From Candidatus Firestoneibacteriota bacterium (GTDB taxonomy: Bacteria > Oederibacteriota > Muellerivitia > Muellerivitales > Muellerivitaceae): a stretch of 64,000 bases of DNA. Location: assembly GCA_013286205.1 (NCBI GenBank), contig JABDGD010000006.1, forward strand, positions 13,944-77,943, written 5' to 3'. The notes beneath the pieces are model-generated. The model did no database searches and had not been told where the DNA came from. It saw only the letters and a list, made by a program, of their open reading frames with translations. Position numbers and translations under genes: made by a program. Numbering within the stretch: position 1 is the first letter of the stretch; the number at the start of each line of letters is the position of its first letter. Below are positions 1-9,310 of the stretch, one piece after another.

Positions 1-2
1 CG

Positions 3-176
3 GTATTTATCAGCCGTAAGTCCGTTAATGGCAAAGAGATAAAGGCTTTGGAACTGCCAGGATTGTGGAACGGCGCTATGGCCGATTGGATAACGCTATT
101 TGTTGAGGTCCCGATAGAAACCTTTAATCCGGTTAAAACTGTGTTTGATCTTTTAAAGCCTGCCCACCAATTCTGA
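3..176 (+). CDS. 3' end of a gene entering from upstream of the window (57 codons). Product not recognised.
   Basis: Open frame from position 3 to TGA at 174-176. It is absent from the ORF track because it has no start in the window. Hand translation: VFISRKSVNGKEIKALELPGLWNGAMADWITLFVEVPIETFNPVKTVFDLLKPAHQF. Confidence 0.35.
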   Translation, partial: VFISRKSVNGKEIKALELPGLWNGAMADWITLFVEVPIETFNPVKTVFDLLKPAHQF

Positions 177-233
177 CCGTTTTTTTGTGAAATCTTTTCG
201 ATATAATGCGTCATCTTTAAAACAGGGAATATC

Positions 234-1328
234 ATGAAAACCATCGTTGTCACAGGTGGGGCTGGTTTCATTGGCTCCAACTTTATCCATTACTTAGTCT
301 CCAAAAAAGTACCCTATCAAATTGTTGTCTTTGACAAGCTCACTTACGCGGGCCATTTGGCCAGTCTTGATGAGCCTCTTAAAAGAAAAAAGATGATATT
401 TGTCAAAGGTGATATTGCCGACAAAACTCAAGTTTTAAAGCTTTATGGTCAATATAAACCCACTTATGTTTTTAACTTCGCGGCGGAAAGCCATGTGGAT
501 CGTTCCATTGAAGGCCCGGGCGAGTTTGTGCACACCAATGTTTTTGGCGCTTTTCAAATGCTGGATGGGGCGCGTCATCACTATTCGAAATTGAGCGCGG
601 CCGCTAAAAAAGAATTTAGATTTCTTCATGTTTCTACAGACGAGGTTTATGGAACACTGGGCAAAACCGGCCTTTTTTTAGAGACGACGCCTTATTCTCC
701 TAATTCACCTTATTCAGCCTCGAAGGCGGGAGCCGACCATTTGGTTCGCGCTTACCATGAAACCTACGGACTGCCGGTACTTTTAACTAATTGCTCGAAC
801 AACTATGGACCCTATCAATTTCCGGAAAAGCTTATCCCACTGATGGTGCTGAACGCTTTAGAAGGTAAGGTTTTGCCGGTTTATGGGGATGGGGGCAATG
901 TTCGGGATTGGCTCTATGTGGAAGACCATTGTGAAGCGCTTTGGACTGTGATGAAAAAGGGCAAGATGGGCGAAAAGTATAATGTGGGCGGCAACAGTGA
1001 GAAGACTAATAAGCAAGTGGTGAACACCATTTGTGAAATGATGGACGAGATTTTACCAGCACATAAAAATCCGGATCTGACTCAAAAGGGGATCAAGCGC
1101 TACGCTGACCTCATTACTTTCGTGAAAGATAGACCGGGGCATGACCGCCGTTACGCGATTGATGCCTCTAAAATTAAGCGGGAGCTGGGATGGGTGCCTC
1201 GGCATAGTTTTGTCTCCGGCATTCGTACGACGGTAGAGTGGTATTTGGAAAACCAAGAGTGGTGTGATCGGGTTCAGTCAGGCAGCTATCAACGTCAACG
1301 TTTGGGTTTAGTGAAAGGCAAAAAATGA
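234..1328 (+). CDS. rfbB: dTDP-glucose 4,6-dehydratase
   Basis: N-terminal Rossmann motif [12 protein letters not shown]. Catalytic region STDEVYG and [24 protein letters not shown] block typical of RmlB. Confidence 0.93.
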   Translation: MKTIVVTGGAGFIGSNFIHYLVSKKVPYQIVVFDKLTYAGHLASLDEPLKRKKMIFVKGDIADKTQVLKLYGQYKPTYVFNFAAESHVDRSIEGPGEFVHTNVFGAFQMLDGARHHYSKLSAAAKKEFRFLHVSTDEVYGTLGKTGLFLETTPYSPNSPYSASKAGADHLVRAYHETYGLPVLLTNCSNNYGPYQFPEKLIPLMVLNALEGKVLPVYGDGGNVRDWLYVEDHCEALWTVMKKGKMGEKYNVGGNSEKTNKQVVNTICEMMDEILPAHKNPDLTQKGIKRYADLITFVKDRPGHDRRYAIDASKIKRELGWVPRHSFVSGIRTTVEWYLENQEWCDRVQSGSYQRQRLGLVKGKK

Positions 1329-2206
1329 AGGGTATCTTATTAGCTGGTGGAACAGGCAGCCGTCTTCATCCCATGACCAGGGCGGTCAGTAAGCAGCTGC
1401 TTTCGGTTTATAACAAACCGATGGTTTATTATCCGCTATCAATTCTGATGCTGGCGGGAATCAAAGAAATTCTCATCATTACCACGCCCCAGGATCAAGA
1501 GAGCTTTAAGCGTTTATTGGGCAATGGGGATGATTTTGGTATTTCCATCCAATACGCGGCCCAGGAAAAACCCGCGGGCATTGCGCAAGCCTTCCTCATC
1601 GGCAAAGAATTTATCGGTACTGATTCAGTTGCTCTGGCTTTAGGGGACAACATTTATTATGGCGGCGGTTTGGTCGCCCACATTCAAAATGCCATCAAAA
1701 ACACCAAAGAGAAAAAAGGCGCTACGGTTTTCGCCTATTGGGTCAAAGACCCTGAACGCTATGGCGTGATTGACTTTGATAAGTCGGGCAAGGCTATGGG
1801 GATTGAGGAAAAACCCTTAAAACCTAAATCGCCTTTTGCTGTTACGGGGCTTTATTTTTATGACAATCAAGTCGTTCAAATTGCGGCTTCTTTGAAGCCC
1901 TCGGCTCGCGGCGAGCTGGAAATAACCGACGTGAACCGTGTGTACCTCGCTCAAAATCAGCTTTTTGTGGAAAGATTTGGCCGTGGTGTGGCCTGGTTAG
2001 ACACGGGTACGCCCGAGTCTTTGATGCAGGCTTCGATGTTTATTCAAGCGATCGAAGACCGGCAAGGCCTTAAAGTTGCCTGCTTAGAGGAAATCGCCTA
2101 CAAACAGGGTTTTATTACGGTTGAGAAATTGAAAGAGACTATTAAAAAAATCAGTCCCAGCAGCTACGCGGATTATCTTCAGACAATTTTAAATCAGGAC
2201 TTTTAA
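1325..2206 (+). CDS. rfbA: Glucose-1-phosphate thymidylyltransferase
   Basis: [18 protein letters not shown]...SKQLL...KPMVYYPLS signature of RmlA. ATGA overlap with rfbB. Confidence 0.93.
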   Translation: MKGILLAGGTGSRLHPMTRAVSKQLLSVYNKPMVYYPLSILMLAGIKEILIITTPQDQESFKRLLGNGDDFGISIQYAAQEKPAGIAQAFLIGKEFIGTDSVALALGDNIYYGGGLVAHIQNAIKNTKEKKGATVFAYWVKDPERYGVIDFDKSGKAMGIEEKPLKPKSPFAVTGLYFYDNQVVQIAASLKPSARGELEITDVNRVYLAQNQLFVERFGRGVAWLDTGTPESLMQASMFIQAIEDRQGLKVACLEEIAYKQGFITVEKLKETIKKISPSSYADYLQTILNQDF

Positions 2207-2763
2207 TGCGCCTTTTAAAGACTGATTTACCGGGAGTTTTGCTGATTGAACCGGATGTTTTTCGCGACGACCGCGGTCTCTTTATGGAGTCTTACCACGC
2301 GGAAAAGTATTTGAAGTTGGGTATATCGGCCACCTTTGTTCAGGACAATTTTTCAAGCTCGGTCAAAGGGACTTTGCGGGGGCTGCACGCCCAATTGCGC
2401 AAGCCGCAAGGCAAATTAATTCGAGTCACCAAAGGCGAGATTTTTGATGTGGCCGTAGATGCCCGTCCCGGCTCGAAGACCTTTGGGAAGTGGTTTGGAA
2501 CCAAACTTTCCGAAAACAACGCGTTACAACTCTATATTCCTGCCGGCTTCTTTCACGGCTACTGTGTTTTGACCGAGAAGGCTGACGTTGAATATAAATG
2601 CACTAACTATTACGACGGGTCAGATGAAGTGGGCGTATTTTGGAATGACCCCACTTTGAACATCCAATGGCCGATTGACTCACCCATTTTGTCGGCCAAA
2701 GACAGTAAACTGCCTGATTTTAACTCGTCCATCGCCCGTTTTGAGGCCTATCGCTCGCTGTAA
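2206..2763 (+). CDS. rfbC: dTDP-4-dehydrorhamnose 3,5-epimerase
   Basis: Cupin-fold RmlC motifs: FRDDRGLFMESY, LRGLHAQ, KLIRVTKGEIFDVAVD. TAATG overlap with rfbA. Confidence 0.9.
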   Translation: MRLLKTDLPGVLLIEPDVFRDDRGLFMESYHAEKYLKLGISATFVQDNFSSSVKGTLRGLHAQLRKPQGKLIRVTKGEIFDVAVDARPGSKTFGKWFGTKLSENNALQLYIPAGFFHGYCVLTEKADVEYKCTNYYDGSDEVGVFWNDPTLNIQWPIDSPILSAKDSKLPDFNSSIARFEAYRSL

Positions 2764-2836
2764 ATTAAAGTGGAAAGTTCAAAGGGGTCAGCTAGAATCA
2801 GACCTCGATTAGCGGTTAATTCACGGGGGGCTTTGA

Positions 2837-3511
2837 ATGTCTGACGAAATAATGTCGCAATACTCACGTTTCATGTTTCGCCATCACCCCTGGCATGGCG
2901 TCGGCACGGGCAAAAAAGCGCCCGAACTGGTGAATGCTTACGTAGAACTGACTCCGACCGATACAGTCAAATATGAAATTGATAAGAATACTGGTTTTTT
3001 AAAATTGGACCGTCCTCAGGTATTCTCCAGCCAGTGTCCCTCTTTATACGGCTTGATTCCTCGTACCTATTGCGGTCCGCGCGTCGCTGAATACTTCGCT
3101 AAAAAAGCCAAACTCGATAAAATTGTCGGTGATGGCGACCCGCTCGATATTTGTATTCTGTCCGAACGGCCTATCTTTAAGAGCGACATCTTGGTCGAGG
3201 CTAAGCCCATTGGCGGCTTGCGAATGATTGATAACGGGGAAGCGGATGACAAAATCATTGCCGTGTTGAAGGGCGATTTGGTTTATGGAAATTGGAATGA
3301 CATTAAAGATTGTCCTCCCAACCTGATTGACCGCCTCAGACATTACTTTTTAACTTATAAAGATCTTCCGTCGGTTAATTTAGGGAAGACTGAAATTGTC
3401 CATACCTATAACCGGGAAGAGGCTTTTGAGGTTATTAAGCTAAGCCAGGTGGATTACAGCGAGAAATTTGTTGAGTTGGGCGAGGTAATTAAAGTAACCT
3501 TCCCAGAATAA
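2837..3511 (+). CDS. ppa: Inorganic pyrophosphatase (family I, long form)
   Basis: KYEIDK...LKLDR and DGDPLDICILSE acidic metal-binding blocks, plus DDKIIAV, typical of family I PPases. Confidence 0.8.
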   Translation: MSDEIMSQYSRFMFRHHPWHGVGTGKKAPELVNAYVELTPTDTVKYEIDKNTGFLKLDRPQVFSSQCPSLYGLIPRTYCGPRVAEYFAKKAKLDKIVGDGDPLDICILSERPIFKSDILVEAKPIGGLRMIDNGEADDKIIAVLKGDLVYGNWNDIKDCPPNLIDRLRHYFLTYKDLPSVNLGKTEIVHTYNREEAFEVIKLSQVDYSEKFVELGEVIKVTFPE

Positions 3512-3514
3512 AGG

Positions 3515-3543
3515 TTGCAACGGGGCCCAAGAAGCTTTATAAG
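3515..3543 (+). promoter_or_regulatory. Candidate sigma70-type promoter for tRNA-Val (and possibly thrS)
   Basis: TTGCAA (3515-3520), 17-nt spacer, TATAAG (3538-3543). Lies about 33 nt upstream of the tRNA 5' end. Confidence 0.35.
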
Positions 3544-3575
3544 ATTAGGGCCTTTCAGGCACAGATGTTTCGCGG

Positions 3576-3652
3576 GGGCGTATAGCTCAGTTGGTTAGAG
3601 TACTTCCTTGACATGGAAGGGGTCACTGGTTCGAGTCCAGTTATGCCCACCA
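3576..3652 (+). tRNA. tRNA-Val, anticodon GAC, with encoded CCA
   Basis: Hand-folded cloverleaf. Acceptor GGGCGTA/TATGCCC. D arm GCTC-AGTTGGTTA-GAGT. Anticodon stem CTTCC/GGAAG with loop TTGACAT. T arm ACTGG-TTCGAGT-CCAGT. Discriminator A followed by CCA. Confidence 0.9.
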
Positions 3653-3689
3653 TTTTTCCCGCTCAAAAACCTGCCTTTTAGGAATCTTC

Positions 3690-5516
3690 ATGTCCGACAA
3701 ATACGAACCAAAATTTAAAATGGATGAGTCTCTCTACAAGATGCGCCATTCCCTGGCCCACATCTTGGCTGAAGCCGTTCTTCAAGTTCGCCCCAAAGCT
3801 CAATTGGGTTTCGGCCCTCCTATCCGCACCGGTTTTTACTATGACATGCTTTTAGATGAACCACTCACCGAAGCCGACCTTCCTGATATTGAAAAACGCA
3901 TGCGAAAGATTATTCAAGAAAAGCAAACCTTTAAAAGGGAAGACTTGCCCAAGGCTGAGGCTCTCCAAAAGTTGAATGGTATGGGCCAGTCTTTGAAAGC
4001 TGAATACGCGACTGAACTTCTGGAAACCAACGACTCTTTAAGTTTTTACACGAGTGGCCCCTTCGTGGATATGTGCGAAGGTCCTCACGTGGATGACACC
4101 TCCAAAATACCGGTGATGGCTTTCAGGTTGGACTCTATCGCTGGCAGCTATTGGCGGGGAGATTCGTCGCGTCAAATGCTGACCCGTATTTATGGCTTGG
4201 CTTTCCCGTCTGAAACTGAGCTTAAAGAATTTGTCAAAAATAGGGAATTGGCTTTAAAACGCGACCACCGCAAACTGGGACAAGAGTTAGAACTCTTTAT
4301 CATTGATGAACGTGTTGGCAAGGGGCTGCCCCTTTGGATGCCCAATGGAACTGTCATTCGTGAAGAATTGGAAAAGTTTGCGAAGGAAATCGAATTCAAA
4401 GATGGTTATGTTCGGGTAGCCACCCCGCATATCGCGAACGGCGAGCTCTATAAGTTGTCTGGCCATTTGCCCCTTTACAAAGAGTCGATGTTTCCGCCGA
4501 TGAGAAGCATTGAAAAAGATCCGGATTCTCCTGCTGAAGAGTTTTATCTGAAACCGATGAACTGTCCTCACCATCACATGATTTATATGAGCCGTCCCCG
4601 CAGTTACAGGGAACTGCCTCTTCGTTTAGCCGAATATGGCACGGTTTACCGATACGAAAAGTCAGGCCAGTTAGCTGGTTTGCTCCGTGTGCGCGGTTTG
4701 GCTATGAATGACGCTCACATTTACTTAACCGAAGACCAAATTAAAGACGAAATCAAAAAAGTCGTGGCCATGCATAAGTTCTATTTTGAAAAATTCCGCA
4801 TGGATAAAATCTGGGTTCGCCTTTCCTTACATGACAAAGACAAGAGCAAGTTTGGCGACAATGAAGAACTTTGGAACAAAACCGAAAATATTCTGCGTGA
4901 AGTTTTGAAAGAATTAGACGTGGAATACGAAGAGGCACAGGGAGAAGGCGCTTTTTACGGCCCGAAAATTGATTACCAAACCGAGAACGTATTGGGACGG
5001 GAAGAAACCGCCGCTACCGTTCAGTTGGATTTCCTGTCACCTACGCGTTTTGAAATGGAGTACGTGGCCGCAGACGGAACCAAACAAAAGCCTTTCATTA
5101 TTCACCGCGCGCCTTTGGGAACCCACGAACGCTTTATCTCGTTCCTCATTGAACGCTGGGGAGGGGCTTTTCCAACCTGGTTATCGCCAACCCAAGTCAA
5201 ACTCGTGCCTATTGCTGAAGATTTTATTCCTTACGCCCAGAAGCTGGCGGATGAGTTGCGTGGCTTAATGATTCGCGCTGAGGTCGACCTCTCGAACGAT
5301 TCTTTCTCTAAAAAGGTTCGTAACTCCATTACTCATAAGAACCCCAATACTTGGATTATTGGCGCCAATGAAGTGAAAGATAACACCGTTACCTGGCGCC
5401 GTTATGCCGCTGAAAAACAGGAGACGGTTTCGGCGGATAAGGCCAAAAACGCCCTGGTTCAGATGGTGGAACAGCGTTTAATGGATAATTTTGGGGATGT
5501 GGGCCTGCCGCTTTAA
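3690..5516 (+). CDS. thrS: Threonyl-tRNA synthetase (no N-terminal TGS domain)
   Basis: HSLAHILAEA editing-domain His motif at residues about 20-24. Class II core: MNCPHHHMIY, YRYEKSG, LRVRGLAMNDAHIY, FYGPKIDY, HRAPLGTHERF. C-terminal anticodon-binding region. Confidence 0.93.
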   Translation: MSDKYEPKFKMDESLYKMRHSLAHILAEAVLQVRPKAQLGFGPPIRTGFYYDMLLDEPLTEADLPDIEKRMRKIIQEKQTFKREDLPKAEALQKLNGMGQSLKAEYATELLETNDSLSFYTSGPFVDMCEGPHVDDTSKIPVMAFRLDSIAGSYWRGDSSRQMLTRIYGLAFPSETELKEFVKNRELALKRDHRKLGQELELFIIDERVGKGLPLWMPNGTVIREELEKFAKEIEFKDGYVRVATPHIANGELYKLSGHLPLYKESMFPPMRSIEKDPDSPAEEFYLKPMNCPHHHMIYMSRPRSYRELPLRLAEYGTVYRYEKSGQLAGLLRVRGLAMNDAHIYLTEDQIKDEIKKVVAMHKFYFEKFRMDKIWVRLSLHDKDKSKFGDNEELWNKTENILREVLKELDVEYEEAQGEGAFYGPKIDYQTENVLGREETAATVQLDFLSPTRFEMEYVAADGTKQKPFIIHRAPLGTHERFISFLIERWGGAFPTWLSPTQVKLVPIAEDFIPYAQKLADELRGLMIRAEVDLSNDSFSKKVRNSITHKNPNTWIIGANEVKDNTVTWRRYAAEKQETVSADKAKNALVQMVEQRLMDNFGDVGLPL

Positions 5517-5535
5517 TCAATCCTGTCGAAAAAGG

Positions 5536-5564
5536 TTGACTAAAAAGGGCCTGGAATATAACAT
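5536..5564 (+). promoter_or_regulatory. Candidate promoter for the infC-rpmI-rplT leader
   Basis: TTGACT (5536-5541), 17-nt spacer, TAACAT (5559-5564). Alternative -10 TATAAC with a 15-nt spacer. Located just after the thrS stop. Confidence 0.3.
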
Positions 5565-5669
5565 TCTTCACTCAAGCAGGGGCCTCCGTCCCTCACCCTC
5601 AGCCCTTATGGTGCGAACGGGTTATGATTTTGACAGTATCCCTATGTTTATTATTGGATATTTCATTTG

Positions 5670-5703
5670 GACGGATTCCGCTTGGCGGGGTTCGTCTTTT
5701 TTT
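5670..5703 (+). terminator. Intrinsic terminator/attenuator hairpin in the infC leader
   Basis: 11-bp stem (GACGGATTCCG / CGGGGTTCGTC, including G-U pairs) with 5-nt loop CTTGG, followed by T7 (5697-5703). It ends 17 nt before the infC Shine-Dalgarno sequence. Confidence 0.55.
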
Positions 5704-5733
5704 GTTTATAGACCAATTTGGAGGTAGAAGAAC

Positions 5734-6309
5734 ATTTCTGGAACAAAAGAGCTGAGGATCAATCATCAAATTCGCGCTAAACAAGTTCGTCTGGTCGGCG
5801 ACGGCGGCGAACAATTGGGCATTTTAGATACCGTTAAAGCGTTAGCTTTGGCCCGTGAAAAAGAACTTGATCTGGTGGAAGTGGCGCCTGAGGGCGTTCC
5901 GCCGGTCTGTCGTATTTTGAATTACGGAAAATTTAAATACGCCCTTCGTAAAAAAGAAAAAGAAGCAGCTAAAAAACAGCGGGTCATCAAGGTTAAAGAA
6001 CTGAAGATGCGCCCGAAAATTGATGAGCATGATTATCAAACCAAGCTTCGCATGGCGTGGAGCTTTTTTGACCATGGCGATAAGGTAAAGGTGACACTGC
6101 AGTTCCGCGGCCGCGAGATGAGCCATAAGGGCCTGGGTCACCAATTGATGGAACGTATTGTTGAGGATATGAGTGAAGTGGCGGATTTAGAAGCGCCGCC
6201 TAAAGACGAAGGTATGCAAATTGTGGCGGTCTTTAACGCCAAACCGATGTCGCAGCAGAAAGCCGCGGCAAAGGAAACCACATCTGATAAGGAAGAAGAA
6301 AATGTCTAA
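5734..6309 (+). CDS. infC: Translation initiation factor IF-3, ATT start codon
   Basis: The frame is open from the TAG at 5725-5727. The conserved N-terminus INHQIRAKQVRLVGDGGEQLGILDT lies upstream of the ORF-track start (TTG 5815). ATT at 5734 sits 9 nt after GGAGG (5720-5724). There is no in-frame ATG/GTG/TTG between 5728 and 5814. Confidence 0.85.
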   Translation: MSGTKELRINHQIRAKQVRLVGDGGEQLGILDTVKALALAREKELDLVEVAPEGVPPVCRILNYGKFKYALRKKEKEAAKKQRVIKVKELKMRPKIDEHDYQTKLRMAWSFFDHGDKVKVTLQFRGREMSHKGLGHQLMERIVEDMSEVADLEAPPKDEGMQIVAVFNAKPMSQQKAAAKETTSDKEEENV

Positions 6310-6505
6310 GGGTTTCAACAAAACAAGAAAAAGCATCGCGAAGCGAATTAAAGTTACCGGAACAGGAAAGCTTAAGGCTAAAAAGGTTCAAGGTAGAGGT
6401 CATCTGATGGCGCATAAATCCTCGAAGAAGAAGCGCCAACTGAAGCACCAGCCGATTTTGGGTAAAGCGACGACCAAAACTATGAAAAGAATGCTTTCGA
6501 TCTAA
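6302..6505 (+). CDS. rpmI: 50S ribosomal protein L35
   Basis: ATG at 6302 gives the 67-aa basic protein MSKGFNKTRKSIAKRIKVTGTGKLKAKK... It overlaps the infC stop by 8 nt. The ORF-track start at 6221 is an out-of-frame read-through of the infC 3' end. Confidence 0.88.
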   Translation: MSKGFNKTRKSIAKRIKVTGTGKLKAKKVQGRGHLMAHKSSKKKRQLKHQPILGKATTKTMKRMLSI

Positions 6506-6538
6506 GCAGCACAGCAACAATAAAAAGGGAGAAGAACA

Positions 6539-6889
6539 ATGGCTCGTATTAAACGCGCGATGGCTAAACGGAAGCGCAAAAAGAAGTTTTTTAAATTAAC
6601 AAAGGGTTACTTTGGCGCCAAGAGCCGCCAGTATAGAACGGTTCGCGAAGCCTCGAAGCGTTCCGGAAACTACGCTTTCCGCGATCGTAAAGCCCGCAAG
6701 CGCGATTTCCGCAGACTTTGGATTACCCGTATCAACGCCGCTGTGCGTGAACACGGCATGTCCTACAGTGTGTTCATCAAGGGTTTAAAGACCGCTTCGA
6801 TCGAATTAGATCGCAAGATGTTGTCTGAAATGGCCGTTAAAGATCCAAAGGCGTTCGCCCAAGTGGTCGAGGCTGTTAAAAAGGCTTAA
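6539..6889 (+). CDS. rplT: 50S ribosomal protein L20
   Basis: [27 protein letters not shown]...[12 protein letters not shown] is a classical L20 sequence. GGGAGAAG Shine-Dalgarno upstream. Confidence 0.95.
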   Translation: MARIKRAMAKRKRKKKFFKLTKGYFGAKSRQYRTVREASKRSGNYAFRDRKARKRDFRRLWITRINAAVREHGMSYSVFIKGLKTASIELDRKMLSEMAVKDPKAFAQVVEAVKKA

Positions 6890-6908
6890 GCTGTTTTGGC
6901 TATTCGAT

Positions 6909-6947
6909 AACGCTCTTTGTCTCTACTGGATAAAGAGCGTTTTCATT
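6909..6947 (+). terminator. Intrinsic terminator after rplT
   Basis: Perfect 10-bp stem AACGCTCTTT / AAAGAGCGTT followed by a T-rich tract (TTTCATTT). Confidence 0.7.
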
Positions 6948-6960
6948 TACAGGCGAATTT

Positions 6961-7773
6961 ATGACATTTGATTCCTCAAAACCTTCGCTAGTTCAAAGCG
7001 TGCAGAATTCCATGGTGAAGCACGCCTATTCCCTTAAAGTTCCCAAAAAGCTGAAAATAGCTGAAGACTTTCTCTGTGAAGGTTTTCATCTAGTCCAGGA
7101 AGCCTTTAAAAGCGATCTGAAGCTTCGTTTCATCTTCGCAACTAAAGAAGGTCTGTCCCATCCGGATGGTTTGGAAATACAGGAATTAGCCAAGCGCAAC
7201 AAAGTGCGCTGTTTTGAAGTGACTCCCCAAATTATCTCTTATTTATCCGATACGGTTTCACCGCAAGGAATGCTGGCGGTGGTGAAGAAAATAGACTCAA
7301 CCTTGCCTTCGCAAGCCGAGGGTCTCTATTTGGCGGTGGATCAGGTACAAGATGCCGGCAACATGGGCACTTTATTCCGCTCAGCTGAGGCTTTTGGCGT
7401 AAAGCACATCTTTCTCACCGAAGGCTGCTGTGATCCTTTTAATCCTAAAGTAGTTCGGGCCGCTATGGGTTCTTTGTTTCGAGTTCCTTACGCGGTAGGG
7501 AAGACGTGGAATGAATATATGGAATGGGCCAAAGAGAATCAGGTTAATTCTTACGCGTTGACCTTGGAAGGTTCAAAGTCTTTGTTAGAAACGAAATTCT
7601 CAAATAAAAGCATGGTTTGGGTAGGTTCGGAAGGCGCGGGCTTGCCAAAAGAATTATCGGATGCCTGTACGGATCGGGTGTTGATTCCCATGACGGGTCA
7701 GGTGGAATCGCTTAATGTCTCAGTGGCTGCCAGTATTGCCTTGTTTCAAGCCGGGCTTAAAATTTCACGTTAA
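6961..7773 (+). CDS. TrmH/SpoU-family RNA 2'-O-methyltransferase
   Basis: SpoU motifs: DQVQDAGNMGTLFRSAEAFG, VGSEGAGL, IPMTGQVESLNVSVAASIALF. Sits after rplT, as in many bacteria. Confidence 0.85.
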   Translation: MTFDSSKPSLVQSVQNSMVKHAYSLKVPKKLKIAEDFLCEGFHLVQEAFKSDLKLRFIFATKEGLSHPDGLEIQELAKRNKVRCFEVTPQIISYLSDTVSPQGMLAVVKKIDSTLPSQAEGLYLAVDQVQDAGNMGTLFRSAEAFGVKHIFLTEGCCDPFNPKVVRAAMGSLFRVPYAVGKTWNEYMEWAKENQVNSYALTLEGSKSLLETKFSNKSMVWVGSEGAGLPKELSDACTDRVLIPMTGQVESLNVSVAASIALFQAGLKISR

Positions 7774-7818
7774 CTTTTCAGATGAAGTTTTTGGTTAAAA
7801 ACTAAATAATAGCTCTCG

Positions 7819-8859
7819 TTGACTTTACCTTACTTGGAGATAAACCCCGTGATTGAACGGTTACAAACCCTGCTCAAAACCGCCGAAGAATCCATTTCGG
7901 GCGCGGTTGACCTCAAAGTCATTGATGAGATTCGCGTTAAATATTTGGGCAAAAGCGGCGAGTTAACTGAAATTCTCAAAGGTCTGAGCCAGGTTTCGGC
8001 GGAAGACCGTCCCAAAGTCGGTAAAGTTTCCAACGAGATTAAAAATAAAATCGCTGAGCTTTTGGACCAGAAAAAAGAAGATTTAGAATCGAAAACCAGC
8101 CAGGCCGCTATTCCGGGCTGGGATCCTACACTGCCGGGCCGCAAACTGGCTATGGGCAAGATGCATCCTTTGGTCGCGGTTCAAAAAGAAATCGCGGAAA
8201 TCTTTAAAAACCTGGGCTTTGATATTGCCGAGGGACCGGATTTAGAAACCGACTATTACAACTTTTTGGCCCTTAATTTTCCACCTGACCATCCCGCTCG
8301 CGACGCTCAAGATACTTTCTATGTTAAGAACAAGGTTTTGAGAACCCACACGTCGCCTATCCAGGTGCGCGAGATGGAAAAGCGCAAGCCGCCCTTTAAG
8401 TTTATCGCTCCAGGCCGGGTCTATCGCAACGAGGCCATCGACGCAACACATCATCATATCTTTCATCAGGTGGAAGGTTTTTTGGTGGATGAGGGCGTTC
8501 AGTTCAGCCATCTCAAAGGTGTTTTGGATGTTTTCATTAAGAAGTTCTTTGGCGCGGATGTGAAAACCCGTTTTCGCCCCAGCTTTTTTCCTTTTACCGA
8601 ACCCAGCGCCGAAATGGATATTTCCTGCGTGTTTTGTAAAGGCCAGGGCTGCCGTATTTGTAAGCAATCTGGCTGGGTCGAGATGATGGGTTGCGGTATG
8701 ATTGACCCGGTGGTTTTGAAAAATTGTGGGATTGATGACGAGGAATACTCGGGTTTTGCCTTTGGCATGGGTGTGGAGCGTATCGCACTGTTTAAATACA
8801 GCATTGATGACATTCGCTTGTTTTACCAAAATGACATTCGTTTTTTGGACGAGTTTTAA
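7819..8859 (+). CDS. pheS: Phenylalanyl-tRNA synthetase alpha subunit
   Basis: HPARDAQDTFY, LRTHTSPIQVR, GRVYRNEAIDATHHHIFHQVEG and FGMGVERIALFKY class II motifs. TTG start as in the track; exact start uncertain. Confidence 0.92.
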   Translation: MTLPYLEINPVIERLQTLLKTAEESISGAVDLKVIDEIRVKYLGKSGELTEILKGLSQVSAEDRPKVGKVSNEIKNKIAELLDQKKEDLESKTSQAAIPGWDPTLPGRKLAMGKMHPLVAVQKEIAEIFKNLGFDIAEGPDLETDYYNFLALNFPPDHPARDAQDTFYVKNKVLRTHTSPIQVREMEKRKPPFKFIAPGRVYRNEAIDATHHHIFHQVEGFLVDEGVQFSHLKGVLDVFIKKFFGADVKTRFRPSFFPFTEPSAEMDISCVFCKGQGCRICKQSGWVEMMGCGMIDPVVLKNCGIDDEEYSGFAFGMGVERIALFKYSIDDIRLFYQNDIRFLDEF

Positions 8860-8874
8860 TTAAAGAGGGAATTC

Positions 8875-9309
8875 ATGGAACAAAGATCAGGCTTTAAAAC
8901 CGCCGCTATCATTATCCTGACGCTTTTGAGCGCTTATGGATTAGCCAATTTAGAAGTCCTCCGCCGTGCCCGCGCCTCTTATATGAGGGGTGAAGAATTC
9001 TTTGCCAAGCGCGATTTTAAACACGCCATGTGGTGCTATCAGGAAACCCAGGAGTTTTATTATTTGCCCCACAGCCATTGGGTGGATGACTCAGAACATA
9101 AAGAATGGATTTGCCGCGCCGAATTAGGAGACTTTATTCCGCCCGAAGGCCCTTTAGACGCCGATTTACGCAAAGACAAACCAGAAATTTATCAAAAGTA
9201 TCAGGCTGAGATCGCACAGATCACGCCGTCCGGTGATATTTCTTATGATCCCGCCCCGGAGACTCCGGAAGATAAATCGTTGGATAAGAAAATGAAAAAG
9301 AAAAAGTAG
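8875..9309 (+). CDS. Hypothetical membrane-anchored protein
   Basis: One N-terminal TM segment (AAIIILTLLSAYGLA) and a lysine tail KKMKKKK. No recognisable domain. GAGGGA Shine-Dalgarno upstream. Confidence 0.5.
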   Translation: MEQRSGFKTAAIIILTLLSAYGLANLEVLRRARASYMRGEEFFAKRDFKHAMWCYQETQEFYYLPHSHWVDDSEHKEWICRAELGDFIPPEGPLDADLRKDKPEIYQKYQAEIAQITPSGDISYDPAPETPEDKSLDKKMKKKK

Positions 9310-9310
9310 C

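Noticed and set aside
3653-3689. Possible T-box or other leaders upstream of thrS and pheS
   Set aside because: The intergenic spaces (37 nt before thrS, 45 nt before pheS) are far too short for a T-box riboswitch.
6221-6301. N-terminal extension of the L35 ORF in the track (MWRSLTPNRCRSRKPRQRK...)
   Set aside because: This segment is the 3' end of infC read in another frame. L35 begins at ATG 6302 with the conserved MSKG... start.
8242-8829. 195-aa minus-strand ORF antisense to pheS. Similar long antisense ORFs lie at 19450-20016 (in mreB), 20735-21316 (in mreC), 23224-23982 (mrdA/rodA), 37634-38269 (fur), 54061-54696 (TonB receptor) and 59282-60007 (hybrid kinase).
   Set aside because: Each lies entirely within a confidently identified gene on the other strand. 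The translations are Arg/Gly/His-rich or low complexity, have no recognisable motifs and lack ribosome-binding sites. These are typical shadow ORFs in moderately GC-rich coding DNA.
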